Under the pieces are notes generated by a model. The model had not been told where the DNA came from. It saw nothing but the letters and a program-made list of their open reading frames with translations, and searched no databases. This document shows positions 1 through 9,838 of a DNA stretch of 64,000 nucleotides, piece after piece. Within the stretch, counting starts at the first letter, position 1, and each line of letters opens with the position of its first letter. The stretch lies in contig CAWBWI010000006.1 of assembly GCA_963792585.1 (NCBI GenBank), forward strand, positions 576,001 through 640,000, written 5' to 3'. Source of the stretch: Candidatus Eiseniibacteriota bacterium (GTDB lineage: Bacteria; Eisenbacteria; RBG-16-71-46; CAIMUX01; VGJL01). A program made the translations under genes and the position numbers.

Positions 1-265
1 GTGATGACGCCCCCCTTGCACGTCGAGACCTGGAGTTCGCAGGCCAGATCGTTCTTGCCGTTGATCGTCATGGCGCAGGAGCCGCAGATGCCGTGCCGGC
101 ACGAGCGCCGGAACGCGAGGGACCCGTCCTGCCGCCACTTGATCTCGTTCAAGCGCGTCGAGGACCGTCCACGCGGGCTGCACCTCGATCTCGTACTCCT
201 TGAAGGCGCCCGCCTTGGGATCCTCGGGAGTCGCTCCGCCAGATCCGGAAGGTTCGCTTCATCAT
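1..265 (-). CDS. sdhB: Succinate dehydrogenase/fumarate reductase iron-sulfur subunit, N-terminal part (runs off window edge; apparent frameshifts)
   Basis: Minus strand reads [24 protein letters not shown] (2Fe-2S motif); ATG with RBS directly follows the sdhA stop. Confidence 0.85.
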
Positions 266-271
266 CCCCTC

Positions 272-2023
272 CTAGAACTTCCGCTCTTCCGGCTGGAAGC
301 GGTGATGACCACGGGCCGGTACGCGAGGCGGGTGTCCCCCTTGTCGTCCAGCCAGCAGAAGGTGTGCTTGAGCCACTCCTTGTCGTTGCGCCCCGGCGCG
401 TCCTTGCGCCAGTGCGCGCCGCGGCACTCGGGTCGCGCCAGGGCACCGGTCACGATCGGCACGCTGAAGTCGAGCATGTGCCCGAGCTCGAGCGCCTCGA
501 TCAGCTCGGTGTTGCAGTGCAGGTTCGTGTCGGCGACCCGCACGTGGCGATAGCGGTCGCGCAGAGCACGGACCTCGTTGAGCTGCGGTTCGAGGTCGCC
601 GGCGTTGCGAAAGATCCCGCACCGCGCGGACATGCCGGCTTGCAGGATGTCACGGAGGTCCGCGGCGGCGCTCACCGCCCCCTTCCTTCGACAGCAGGCG
701 GGCGATCTCGTCGCGCGAAGGGCCGTCGGGATCGGTCGGGCAGGTCGAGCGGGTCCGCCGGGTGCGCGCGAAGGTCGGCCAGGATCGTGAGTCCGGCCCG
801 CCGGCCATAGACGCTGCACTCGAGCGTCGAGTTCGTGCCCAGCCGATTCGCCCCGTGGACGGAAACGCAGGCGCACTCCCCGGCCGCATAGAGGCCCGGG
901 ACGGGAGTGCCGTTCTCGTCGGCCGCCACGCGCGTGTCGTCGTCGTCGGGATCCCGCCCATCGAGTAGTGCGCGCTCGGCTGAATCGGGATCGGCTCCTT
1001 CGTGCAGTCGAGGCCGCAGAACTTGATCGCAAGCTCGTGGATCTGCGGCAGCACCTCGTGGATCTTCTCTGCGCCGAGATGGGTGAGGTCGAGATTGATA
1101 TAAGGCTGGCCGTTCACACCACGTCCCTCGTCGATCTCGCTCTGCTCGGCGCGGGAGACGACGTCGCGGGGCGCCAGCTCCATCTTGGCCTTGGCGTACT
1201 TGTCCATGAACCTCTCGCCCTTGCCGTTGTAGAGCAGTCCGCCCTCGCCGCGGGCGGCCTCGGAGACGAGGATCCCGTGCGGGTAGATGCCCGTCGGGTG
1301 GAACTGGACGAACTCCATGTCCTCGAGCGGCAGGCCCGCGCGCAGGATCATCGAAAGGCCGTCGCCCGTGTTGGCGTGGGCGTTCGTCGTGATCTTCCAG
1401 GCACGCGCGTAGCCGCCGGTCGCGAGCAGCGTCGCCTTGGCGTGGAAGACGTGGAGCCCGCCCTTCTGGAAGTCCCACGCGACCAAACCCGACGCAGGTG
1501 CCGTTCTTCATGAGCAGCTGCGTTACGTAGAACTCGTTGTAGAAACGGACCCCGTTCTTCACGCACTGCTCGTAGAGCGTGTGCAGCTGCGCGTGCCCGG
1601 TCCGGTCGGCGGCATAGCAACTGCGCGCGACCTCCCCCTTCCCGAAGTCGGCGTAGTGGCCGCCGAAGGGGCGCTGCGCGATCTTCCCATCGGGCGTGCG
1701 CGAGAACGGCACGCCGAGGTGCTCCATCTCGTAGATCGTCGGGATCGCCTCGCGCACGAGGATCTCCTGCGCGTCCTGGTCGCCGAGGTAGTCGCTGCCC
1801 CGGACGGTGTCGTAGAGGTGCCACTCCCAGCTGTCTTCCTGCATGTTGCCGAGCGCGGCCGGCACAGCCGCCCTGGGCCGCGCCGGAGTGGGAGCGGGTC
1901 GGGTAGACCTTCGAGATCACGGCCGTGTCGAAGTGCTGGCTCGTCTTCAGGGCCGCGTAGAGCCCGGCGATGCCGGCCCCGACGACGACCACTTCATGCC
2001 GGTGTCGTTCCGATGGCCATCAT
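272..2023 (-). CDS. sdhA: Succinate dehydrogenase/fumarate reductase flavoprotein subunit, split over several frames by apparent indels
   Basis: Pieces in ORFs 1348-1992, 672-1865, 650-1486, 262-1032, 272-622: [61 protein letters not shown]. Confidence 0.92.
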
Positions 2024-2031
2024 CCCCTCCC

Positions 2032-2425
2032 TCACCGCACCGCGGCCGTGGCCTGGAACGGCAGGATCGTCACCGTGCCAAGGATCGCCAGGAGCACGCC
2101 AAGCGCCAGAACCGCGCAATAGAGGGTCACCCGCAACCACGGCCGGTGGACCCCCTCGTTGAGCACGACCAGGACCCCGCGAAGACCGTGGAAAAGGACG
2201 ATGCCCAGGAAGAGCAGGTCGATCAGCTTCCACCATGGATTCGCGAGGCGCTGGACGACATTCGCGTAGTCGACGTCGAAGGCTCCCCTGAGGGGGTCGC
2301 CGAGGACGTAGTGGGTCACGAGCAGGTGCGCCAGTGACGACGGGAACGAGGAGCAGTCCGGTGATCCTCTGCATGAACCAGCCGAACATCCCGCCGGAGT
2401 TCAGACCGCGATCGCGCGCGCTCAT
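2032..2425 (-). CDS. sdhD: Succinate dehydrogenase hydrophobic membrane anchor (apparent frameshift near 2335)
   Basis: MSARD..WFMQRITG continues in another frame with LFLGIVLFHGLRG; lies between sdhC and sdhA. Confidence 0.8.
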
Positions 2426-2785
2426 CGTCCGCCCCCGATCACGAGCTGCAGGATCGGGTAGGCGCCGAACACGAGTCCCGCGGCGGCGATCCCCGCCATC
2501 CACCAGAAGAGTCTTCTTGTGGGTGCGCGAGCCTCCGCCCCACTCGATGATAAGGATCCGGATCCCGTTCATCGCGTGATAGAGGATGATCCCCAAGAGC
2601 CCGATCTCGAGCAGTTTGAAGATCGGATGGGAAACCACGTGCATCACCTGATTGAATCCCTGCTCACCCTGATGAAGGTGGTGGATCACCCAGATGTGGA
2701 TCGCCAGGTAGACCGTGATCGCGACCCCCGTGATCCGGTTGAGCAACCAGGCCACATACCCGAGATGCCATCGGTAGATCATCAT
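2422..2785 (-). CDS. sdhC: Succinate dehydrogenase cytochrome b556 subunit (apparent frameshift near 2510)
   Basis: WLLNRITG..YLAIH..YHAMNGIRILIIE motifs; first gene of the operon. Confidence 0.85.
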
Positions 2786-2876
2786 CCCCTCCCCTCGTCC
2801 CGCACGCGAACACCGCGTACGGCAAACGGCACCGCGATTCTTGCATCCGACTCCCTGATGCGACAAGGAGCGAATG

Positions 2877-2899
2877 TTTCAGTCATCTAATGACTGAAA
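2877..2899. promoter_or_regulatory. Palindromic operator candidate between divergent sdhC and FG-GAP genes
   Basis: Perfect AT-rich inverted repeat TTTCAGTCAT-CTA-ATGACTGAAA in an intergenic region. Confidence 0.55.
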
Positions 2900-3016
2900 A
2901 CGGTGGTTCTCATACGACGGCTCCGCGGCCCGGATGCTGGACTCCCTATCTTTCGTCAGTTACACTTGTAGGCGCGATAGGAAGTACAGAAAAACGAAAA
3001 CGCCGGAGTGGATCAA

Positions 3017-4825
3017 ATGAGCAAAACTTCTCGACTCTTCCACGCCATATTCTTCCTGGTCCTCCTTGCCCCCCATCCCCACCTCGCGACCGCCGGACCC
3101 ACGATCGAGGTCGGTTTCGCCCCCCACCGGCAGGTCTTGGCGACGGAGACCGTCCCCGACACCAGCCCATTGGATCCATCGAGGACCGATGCCGTGGAGC
3201 TCAGCCGACCCGATCCCAGCCTCCCCTTGAGCACTCAGGCGGCAATGGAGCGCGGATGGCCCGTCCACCTCAGCAACCCGATCGGTTCCCCCGTCTTCTT
3301 CGACCTGGACGGAGACGGGATCTCGGAGGTGATCGCCGGGGACCAAGGGCACGTATACGTCTTCGACGCTGCCGGCAATCTCCGGCCCGGCTGGCCGCGG
3401 ACGACGGCGAATATCGACAACTCGCCGGCGGTCGGTGACATCGACGGCGACGGAGCGCCCGAGATCGTCGTCGGAGCCCGCGGCGCGCCCCCGAAGCTCT
3501 GGGCCTTTCGCGCCGACGGGGTCGTGGAATCCGGCTGGCCCGTGAGCCTGCCCTACCAGACCTGGATGAACTGCAGCAACCCCGTCCTGGCGGACCTGAA
3601 CGCAGACGGAGTCCTCGACGTGGGGATCGCCGTCGAGCGCGGCGTCGCCTTCTACGACGGCCACGGCGTCCCGCTCCCCGGATGGCCTTACCTCTGGACG
3701 ACGTCCCAGAATCTCCAGTGGTCCGGCCCCGCGGTCGCCGACATCGACATGGACGATCGCCCCGAGGTCGTCGTGGGCAACAACTGCCTCTGGTCGGAAT
3801 CGGTTCACGTCATCAGCCACGATGGGAAGGTGATGCCCGGATGGCCCAAGCGGACCGCGCCCGTCTTCTCCTCGCCCGCGCTCGCGGACCTCGACGGCGA
3901 CGGAGACCTCGAGATCGTCATCCAGGACGGCGAGTGGACCTGGGTCGGACACTCGCTCTACGCGTGGCACCATGACGGAACGAACCTCGCCGGATTTCCG
4001 AAGACGATCAGCGAGGACTACGAATCGTCCCGCTCGAATCCTGCGATCGCGGACATCGACGACGACGGCACGCTCGAGATCATAACCGCGACCTCCGATG
4101 GAAACCTGCACGTCCTTCGCCCCGACGGGAGCTACCTGCCCGGCTTCCCGCAAACCATCCCCGGCGACGTGATCTCATCGGCTCAGGTCGTGGACGTGAA
4201 CGGAGATGGGATCGAGGAGGTGTTCCTGACCTACTACCTGGGCGGGAACCAGTACGTGTCAGGATGGCGGTTGAACGGCTCGGTGCTCACCGGATTCCCG
4301 AAACTGCTCCTCACGGCGACCCAGCTCGCGGCTCACGGGTCGACCCATATCGCCGACATCGACGGGGACGGGCGTCTCGAGCTCGCGGCGTGCGGCACCG
4401 ATCTCGATGACGGATCGCTCTGCGTCTTCGAGATCGACGGAAGCGTGTACGACCCGCACACGACGCGGATGGATTGGCCCAAGATCCGGCGCGATCTGCG
4501 GAACACGGGGTTCTTCCCGTGGATCGATCCCGCGGCGGTCGACGAGGGCGAGGTGAGCGGTGGACCGCTCCTGACGGTTGCGCCCAATCCGCTGGGACAG
4601 AACTCACGCGTCCTGTTACGGGACATCTCGGATCCGATCGGCACGCTGCGTGTGATCGATGCCGGCGGCCGCCTCCTGGGAGAACGCGCCGTCGTTTCGC
4701 CCGCGGAGGTTCCGATTCGGTCGATCGTCGACGACCGCCTTCCGCGCGGAGCCTACTGGCTCCACTGGCTGCCGGCAGTCGGGGGTCCGCCGAAATCCGC
4801 GCGGCTCATCGTTGTCGGTGAATAG
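3017..4825 (+). CDS. Secreted FG-GAP/VCBS repeat beta-propeller protein with T9SS-type/FlgD-Ig C-terminal domain
   Basis: Signal peptide; repeated SPAxxDxDGDGxxE / PGWP motifs; C-terminal LTVAPNP...IDAGGR...LPRGAYW. Confidence 0.85.
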   Translation: MSKTSRLFHAIFFLVLLAPHPHLATAGPTIEVGFAPHRQVLATETVPDTSPLDPSRTDAVELSRPDPSLPLSTQAAMERGWPVHLSNPIGSPVFFDLDGDGISEVIAGDQGHVYVFDAAGNLRPGWPRTTANIDNSPAVGDIDGDGAPEIVVGARGAPPKLWAFRADGVVESGWPVSLPYQTWMNCSNPVLADLNADGVLDVGIAVERGVAFYDGHGVPLPGWPYLWTTSQNLQWSGPAVADIDMDDRPEVVVGNNCLWSESVHVISHDGKVMPGWPKRTAPVFSSPALADLDGDGDLEIVIQDGEWTWVGHSLYAWHHDGTNLAGFPKTISEDYESSRSNPAIADIDDDGTLEIITATSDGNLHVLRPDGSYLPGFPQTIPGDVISSAQVVDVNGDGIEEVFLTYYLGGNQYVSGWRLNGSVLTGFPKLLLTATQLAAHGSTHIADIDGDGRLELAACGTDLDDGSLCVFEIDGSVYDPHTTRMDWPKIRRDLRNTGFFPWIDPAAVDEGEVSGGPLLTVAPNPLGQNSRVLLRDISDPIGTLRVIDAGGRLLGERAVVSPAEVPIRSIVDDRLPRGAYWLHWLPAVGGPPKSARLIVVGE

Positions 4826-4956
4826 GGAGTCGCCGGCACGGATTCCCGCTGGATCCGGGTGCCGAAGGTTCGCAAACTCTCGAGAGCGGGCGCATGGGTG
4901 GGCTCGTTCACGCGTTCGGTCCGAAGGGCGTAAGCAGGGGGATTGAGGCTGGGGAC

Positions 4957-6327
4957 TTGATCGATCTCGAGAGCGCACTCGGGCTGGCGGCAGCAGCAGT
5001 CCTGCTTGGCGCGGGAGGCTACTTCCTGGGGCGTCGAACGCGCGCACGCGACCGACGCGACCGCACTCGGTTGACCTCTGCGCGCGAGCAGGGTCTCCAC
5101 ATTCCGGCATCGTTGCACCCGGTCTTCGATCCGGACCTCTGCATCGGCAGTCTGGCCTGCGTGGCCGCCTGTCCGGAAGGCGACGTGATCGGAGTCGTCA
5201 ACGGTGTCGGCACGCTGCTCGTCGGCGCGAACTGCATCGGACACGGTCGCTGCGCGGCGGAGTGTCCGATGCACGCCATCCAGCTCGTCTTCGGCACCAG
5301 CGAGCGCGGAGTCGACATCCCACGGGTGACGCCGCACTTCGAGTCGACGGTGCCGGGCATCTATGTCGCCGGCGAACTGGGCGGAATGGGACTGATCCGC
5401 AACGCCGTGCGCCAAGGGGCGGCGGCAATCCAGCATCTCGCCGAGAGTCTGCCGAAGCATCGCGAGGGTCCGGTGGACGACGTCGTGATCGTGGGGGCCG
5501 GACCGGGAGGTTTCTCGGCCGCGCTCGCCGCGCGCCGCGCCGGTCTGCGCTTCCGTGTCATCGAGCAAAACTCCTTCGGCGGGGCCCTCGCCCACTATCC
5601 GCGGCAGAAGCTCGTGCTCACCGGCCCGATCGAGCTTCCGCTCGGGGGCAAGCTCGACCGGCCCCAAGTGACCAAAGGGGAGCTGGTCCGCTGGTGGAGC
5701 ACGGCCCGCGAGGAGCACGGAATCGAGATCCAAGAGGGGGAGCGGGTAGAGACCATCGATGGCACTGACGGCGCATTCCGCGTCGTCACATCCCGCGCAA
5801 GCTACCCGACACGGAAGGTGGTCCTCGCGATCGGTCGCAGGGGCACGCCCAAGCGCCTCGGCATTCCCGGCGAGGAACTGCCGCTGGTCACGTACAACCT
5901 GATCGAGCCCGAGCAGTACGAGGGGAAGAAGGTCCTGGTCGTCGGCGGCGGCGACAGCGCCATCGAGGCGGCATGCCAGCTCGCGGGGACGGCCGCGGCC
6001 GTCACGCTCTGCTATCGGGGTGAAGTCTTTCACCGCTGCAAACAGGTAAATCGCGTCCGGATCGAAGCGCTCGAGCGGGGCGGCAGTGTGCGGATCCTGC
6101 GCTCGGTCCAGCCGGTCCGGTTCGAGCCCTCCGGAGCCGTACTCGAGCACACCAAGGAGGAGGGACACCCGATCCCCTCGCACCCCGACCTCACACGGAG
6201 TGCGGAAGGCGCCTCACTTCTCGCGATCGACTTCGCGATCATCTGCGCCGGAGGGGAGTTGCCCGCCACCCTCCTCCATCATCTCGGGCTTCAGGTCGAT
6301 TGGCACTATGGAGGGGTCGTTTCGTGA
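4957..6327 (+). CDS. Membrane-anchored ferredoxin-domain plus thioredoxin-reductase-like FAD/NAD(P)-binding oxidoreductase
   Basis: N-terminal TM helix; CIGSLACVAACP and CIGHGRCAAECP; GAGPGG and GGGDSA Rossmann motifs; start codon uncertain. Confidence 0.8.
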   Translation: MIDLESALGLAAAAVLLGAGGYFLGRRTRARDRRDRTRLTSAREQGLHIPASLHPVFDPDLCIGSLACVAACPEGDVIGVVNGVGTLLVGANCIGHGRCAAECPMHAIQLVFGTSERGVDIPRVTPHFESTVPGIYVAGELGGMGLIRNAVRQGAAAIQHLAESLPKHREGPVDDVVIVGAGPGGFSAALAARRAGLRFRVIEQNSFGGALAHYPRQKLVLTGPIELPLGGKLDRPQVTKGELVRWWSTAREEHGIEIQEGERVETIDGTDGAFRVVTSRASYPTRKVVLAIGRRGTPKRLGIPGEELPLVTYNLIEPEQYEGKKVLVVGGGDSAIEAACQLAGTAAAVTLCYRGEVFHRCKQVNRVRIEALERGGSVRILRSVQPVRFEPSGAVLEHTKEEGHPIPSHPDLTRSAEGASLLAIDFAIICAGGELPATLLHHLGLQVDWHYGGVVS

Positions 6328-7277
6328 GGCCGCCGTCATTCTCGGAGGACGGTGGTCTTGCATCCGGGTTCCGCGGCGGCGCGTCCCCCCACCAGGCGGA
6401 GATCGATCGGATCATCGCGCGCAAGCGACGTCTGGGGCTCGCGCTGACCATTCTGGGCGCCATCGTCCTTGCAATCCTGATCCTGCGGGGATGGCGCTAC
6501 TATCTCCTCGCCCCCCCTGCGCGTCTCGACGACCCCCAGAATCGGCTACTGCGACCATCGGGAGGTTGGGGACACGGCGTGGGCATCGCCGCCACCCTCG
6601 TCATGCTGGCCAACTTCCTCTATCCGATGCGCAAGCGAACCCGATGGATGGCGCGGATGGGACCGGTGCCCCTCTGGCTCACGTTCCACGTCTTCGTTGG
6701 GATCATGAGTTCGATCGTGATCCTCTTCCACGCGGCCTTCCGGTTCAACAACCTGATCGCGACCCTCACATACGGCAGCCTCGTGATCGTGGTGACGACC
6801 GGGTTGATCGGGCGCTACATTTACGCCATGGTTCCGGGCGCGGGCGAACGCGACCGCGTGGCGCTGGCGGACCTGCAGCGGTCGTGGGCCGATCTGCATA
6901 TCGAGGTCAGCCGCGAGCTCGGGGAAAGGCGCCGACCACCCTGGCTGGGGGCGCTCCTTGATTCGCCTGCGATGCCCCGCGACGCGTCCGCCGCAGGCGC
7001 GCTACGCGCGGTCCTTGCTTGGCCGATCGTGACGATGCGGGCCCGATCCGGCGCGCGCCGGATCGCCTCGGTATTGTCGCCCGGATCCGCCGTCGCGCTC
7101 CGCGCGGACGTCGAGCGGATGGTGCGGCTCCGCCTGCAGATCGAGTTCTTCGGCGGGATCAAGCGCTTGCTGACCACCTGGCGGTCGGGTCACGCCCTGC
7201 TCGCCGTGTTCCTCGTCCTCGTCATCGTCATTCACGTGGCCGTTAGCATCACATTCGGGTACCGATGGATCTTCTGA
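6324..7277 (+). CDS. Polytopic membrane protein, ferric-reductase-like (putative di-heme b)
   Basis: About 5-6 TM helices; two His pairs 14 residues apart (FHVFVGIMSSIVILFH; GHALLAVFLVLVIVIH); GTGA overlap with upstream stop. Confidence 0.65.
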   Translation: MRPPSFSEDGGLASGFRGGASPHQAEIDRIIARKRRLGLALTILGAIVLAILILRGWRYYLLAPPARLDDPQNRLLRPSGGWGHGVGIAATLVMLANFLYPMRKRTRWMARMGPVPLWLTFHVFVGIMSSIVILFHAAFRFNNLIATLTYGSLVIVVTTGLIGRYIYAMVPGAGERDRVALADLQRSWADLHIEVSRELGERRRPPWLGALLDSPAMPRDASAAGALRAVLAWPIVTMRARSGARRIASVLSPGSAVALRADVERMVRLRLQIEFFGGIKRLLTTWRSGHALLAVFLVLVIVIHVAVSITFGYRWIF

Positions 7278-7288
7278 CGCCAGGAGCG

Positions 7289-9838
7289 ATGCGCCCGGAT
7301 GCGCGACCCTTCTACGGGATCCTCGCTGCGGCGATTCTCTTTTGCCTCGGTCCGTGCGCATCGCGGGCACAGACCGTCTCTCCAGGCCCGCTCTCGAAGG
7401 CGCACGCCGACCTCGAGGGGGTAAGGAACTGCACGCAGTGCCATGAACTTGGCCGCCGCGAGATCTCCGCAGATCGCTGCCTTGCCTGCCACAAGCCGCT
7501 CGGCACGCGGGTGCGCGCCGGCACAGGGTATCACGCGTCGAAGGATGTGGCGGGCACGCCCTGCGAGTCCTGCCACCACGAACATGCGGGCCGGGATCTC
7601 CGCCTCATCCGCTGGGAGCCGCCGCAGTCGGCTTTCGATCACACGAAGACCGGTTACATCCTGGAGGGGGCGCACTCCAGGCTCGCCTGCCGAGACTGTC
7701 ATGATCCTCGTGCCATCCGGGAGAGCGACGTTCGCGCCTGGATCGACCGTCACACGGCCGGCGAGACCTTTCTCGGACTCGATCGAGCTTGTGCTTCCTG
7801 TCATTTCGACGAGCACCGCGGGCAGTTCACCGGGGAGTGCTCGCGCTGCCACTCCTCCACCGCCTGGAAACCCGCCGCGGGATTCGATCACGATCGAACG
7901 CAGTACCCGCTTCGGGGCGCCCATCGTCCCGTAGCGTGCGAGCGGTGCCATCCCGCGCAGAGAGACCCCGCGTACGCCGCGAATGCACTCCCGAGACCGC
8001 GCACCGCGACCTATGCCCGATTCCACGGCGTCGCGCACGCGGAGTGCTCCGACTGCCACAAGGATCCCCACGTGGGGAGGATGGGCGGAGCCTGCGCGAC
8101 CTGCCACGTGACAGACGCCTGGTCTTCGATCGTCAAGTCCTCGAAGACCGGCGGTTTCGATCACGACAAGACACGCTATCCGCTCACCGGCCGCCACCGC
8201 GCGGTGGCCTGCGAGCGGTGTCATCCCGCGGACGCCGGGGGCAAACCCGTTCTGAGCGGCTTCGCCTTCAAGAGCTGCACCGACTGCCACGCCGACGCGC
8301 ACGCGGGGCAGGTGGCCGCCGGGGAGGGCGGGAGCGACTGCGCCCGCTGCCACGATGTCGAAGGATTCGCCCCGGCGCGATTCACATCGGCCGACCATGG
8401 CAAGACGCGCTACCCGCTGACCGGGGCGCACATCGCCGTCCCCTGCGGATCCTGCCATCCCGAGGATTCAACCATCGAGCCCGCCAAGGCGCCGCCGGGA
8501 ATCCGAAGCCGAAAGGCCGACTCCACTCGCCTCGCCTACGCGTCTATCGATCTCGAAGACTGCGCGAGCTGCCACGGCGATCCGCACGCGGGCCAGTTCT
8601 CCGTCGCGGCGGAAGCTCGGCCCGCCCGCATCTGCACTGACTGCCACGTCGTCGCGTCGTTCCACGAACTGCGATTCGACCACGCGAGGGACACGTCGTT
8701 CCCCCTGCGCGGCCGGCACGCGAAGGTCGCTTGCGTGGGCTGTCACGGCCCGCTCGGCGGCGACACGAGTTGGCGGGGACCGGACGTTGCCTGGCTCCCC
8801 AAGCGCCCGCCGGCATCCGGATCGACCGCAGCGTATCGGCTCATCCCAAACGCGTGCGCCGCTTGTCACCTCGACGTGCATCTCGGGCAATTTGACACCG
8901 ACACGAAGTGCGACTGCGCGCGCTGCCACACGGACGACGCGTTCCGCCCGGCCGCTCGCTTCGACCATGCAGGGGCTCGTTTCCAGCTATCCGGCGCGCA
9001 TGCAAAGGTGAAGTGCGAAGCCTGCCACCGAATGGTCGAGGTCCTTCCGGGGCGCAAGACGAGCCTCTACCGACCCCTCCCCACGACCTGCGAGGGATGC
9101 CACGTCGATCCGCACGCAGGGGCCTTCCGGATCGGCACCGCGGCGTGCGTCTCGTGTCATATCGCGACCACATGGACGCAGGTCGTTTTCGACCACAATC
9201 GAACCCGATTCCCGCTGGGCGCATCGCACACGGGCGTCGCGTGCGCGGCGTGCCACACATCGCCGTCGACCCTCCCGTCGATGGCCTGCGCCTCCTGCCA
9301 CGCAGATCCGCACGGGGGTCTGCTCGGCGTAGAGTGCGGGCGATGCCACGCCGGCGCCGACTTCCGCGATGGGGTGGATCTCGCCTTTCACGAGCGCACG
9401 CGCCTGCCCCTTCTGGGGCGGCACGCCGCGATCCCCTGCGCGGGGTGCCATGTGGATCGTGCTGCCGCCGATCCTGCCCGCCTCGATCCGCGCTGCTCCA
9501 GCTGCCACGAGAACGACTACCGGAGGACCGAGACGACCGGGATGTCGCACCAGGCGTGGGGGTTCGGTCGCTCGTGCGAGGACTGTCACGAGACTTTCCG
9601 TTGGGACCAGGTCGGTTTCCGCCAGCACGAGGCCTGTTTCCCGATCCGAACGGGACACCACAACGTCGCCTGCGGGGATTGCCACACGTCGCTGCCAAAG
9701 GAGCCGACGTCGGGATGCAACACGCGAACGGCGTCCTGCACGCGCTGCCATGGCTGCGGGCACCCGTCCGTCTCCGGTTTCGAGTGCAAGGATCGCAAAT
9801 GCTACGAGTGTCACCCAAGCGGCGGAGGCGGCGGATGA
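7289..9838 (+). CDS. Periplasmic multiheme cytochrome c (30 CxxCH, ten tri-heme repeats)
   Basis: Signal peptide; manual count of 30 CxxCH; repeats FDH-x-TxxPLxGxH. Confidence 0.92.
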   Translation: MRPDARPFYGILAAAILFCLGPCASRAQTVSPGPLSKAHADLEGVRNCTQCHELGRREISADRCLACHKPLGTRVRAGTGYHASKDVAGTPCESCHHEHAGRDLRLIRWEPPQSAFDHTKTGYILEGAHSRLACRDCHDPRAIRESDVRAWIDRHTAGETFLGLDRACASCHFDEHRGQFTGECSRCHSSTAWKPAAGFDHDRTQYPLRGAHRPVACERCHPAQRDPAYAANALPRPRTATYARFHGVAHAECSDCHKDPHVGRMGGACATCHVTDAWSSIVKSSKTGGFDHDKTRYPLTGRHRAVACERCHPADAGGKPVLSGFAFKSCTDCHADAHAGQVAAGEGGSDCARCHDVEGFAPARFTSADHGKTRYPLTGAHIAVPCGSCHPEDSTIEPAKAPPGIRSRKADSTRLAYASIDLEDCASCHGDPHAGQFSVAAEARPARICTDCHVVASFHELRFDHARDTSFPLRGRHAKVACVGCHGPLGGDTSWRGPDVAWLPKRPPASGSTAAYRLIPNACAACHLDVHLGQFDTDTKCDCARCHTDDAFRPAARFDHAGARFQLSGAHAKVKCEACHRMVEVLPGRKTSLYRPLPTTCEGCHVDPHAGAFRIGTAACVSCHIATTWTQVVFDHNRTRFPLGASHTGVACAACHTSPSTLPSMACASCHADPHGGLLGVECGRCHAGADFRDGVDLAFHERTRLPLLGRHAAIPCAGCHVDRAAADPARLDPRCSSCHENDYRRTETTGMSHQAWGFGRSCEDCHETFRWDQVGFRQHEACFPIRTGHHNVACGDCHTSLPKEPTSGCNTRTASCTRCHGCGHPSVSGFECKDRKCYECHPSGGGGG

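Noticed and set aside
1..2785. sdhCDAB as a pseudogenized operon
   Set aside because: Many small indels across four genes with catalytic motifs intact, clustered at one end of the window, fit low-coverage sequencing error better; raw reads are needed to settle it
2821..2850. c-di-GMP-I riboswitch suggested by GGCAAAC
   Set aside because: The GAAA tetraloop stem and GCAAA elements are missing
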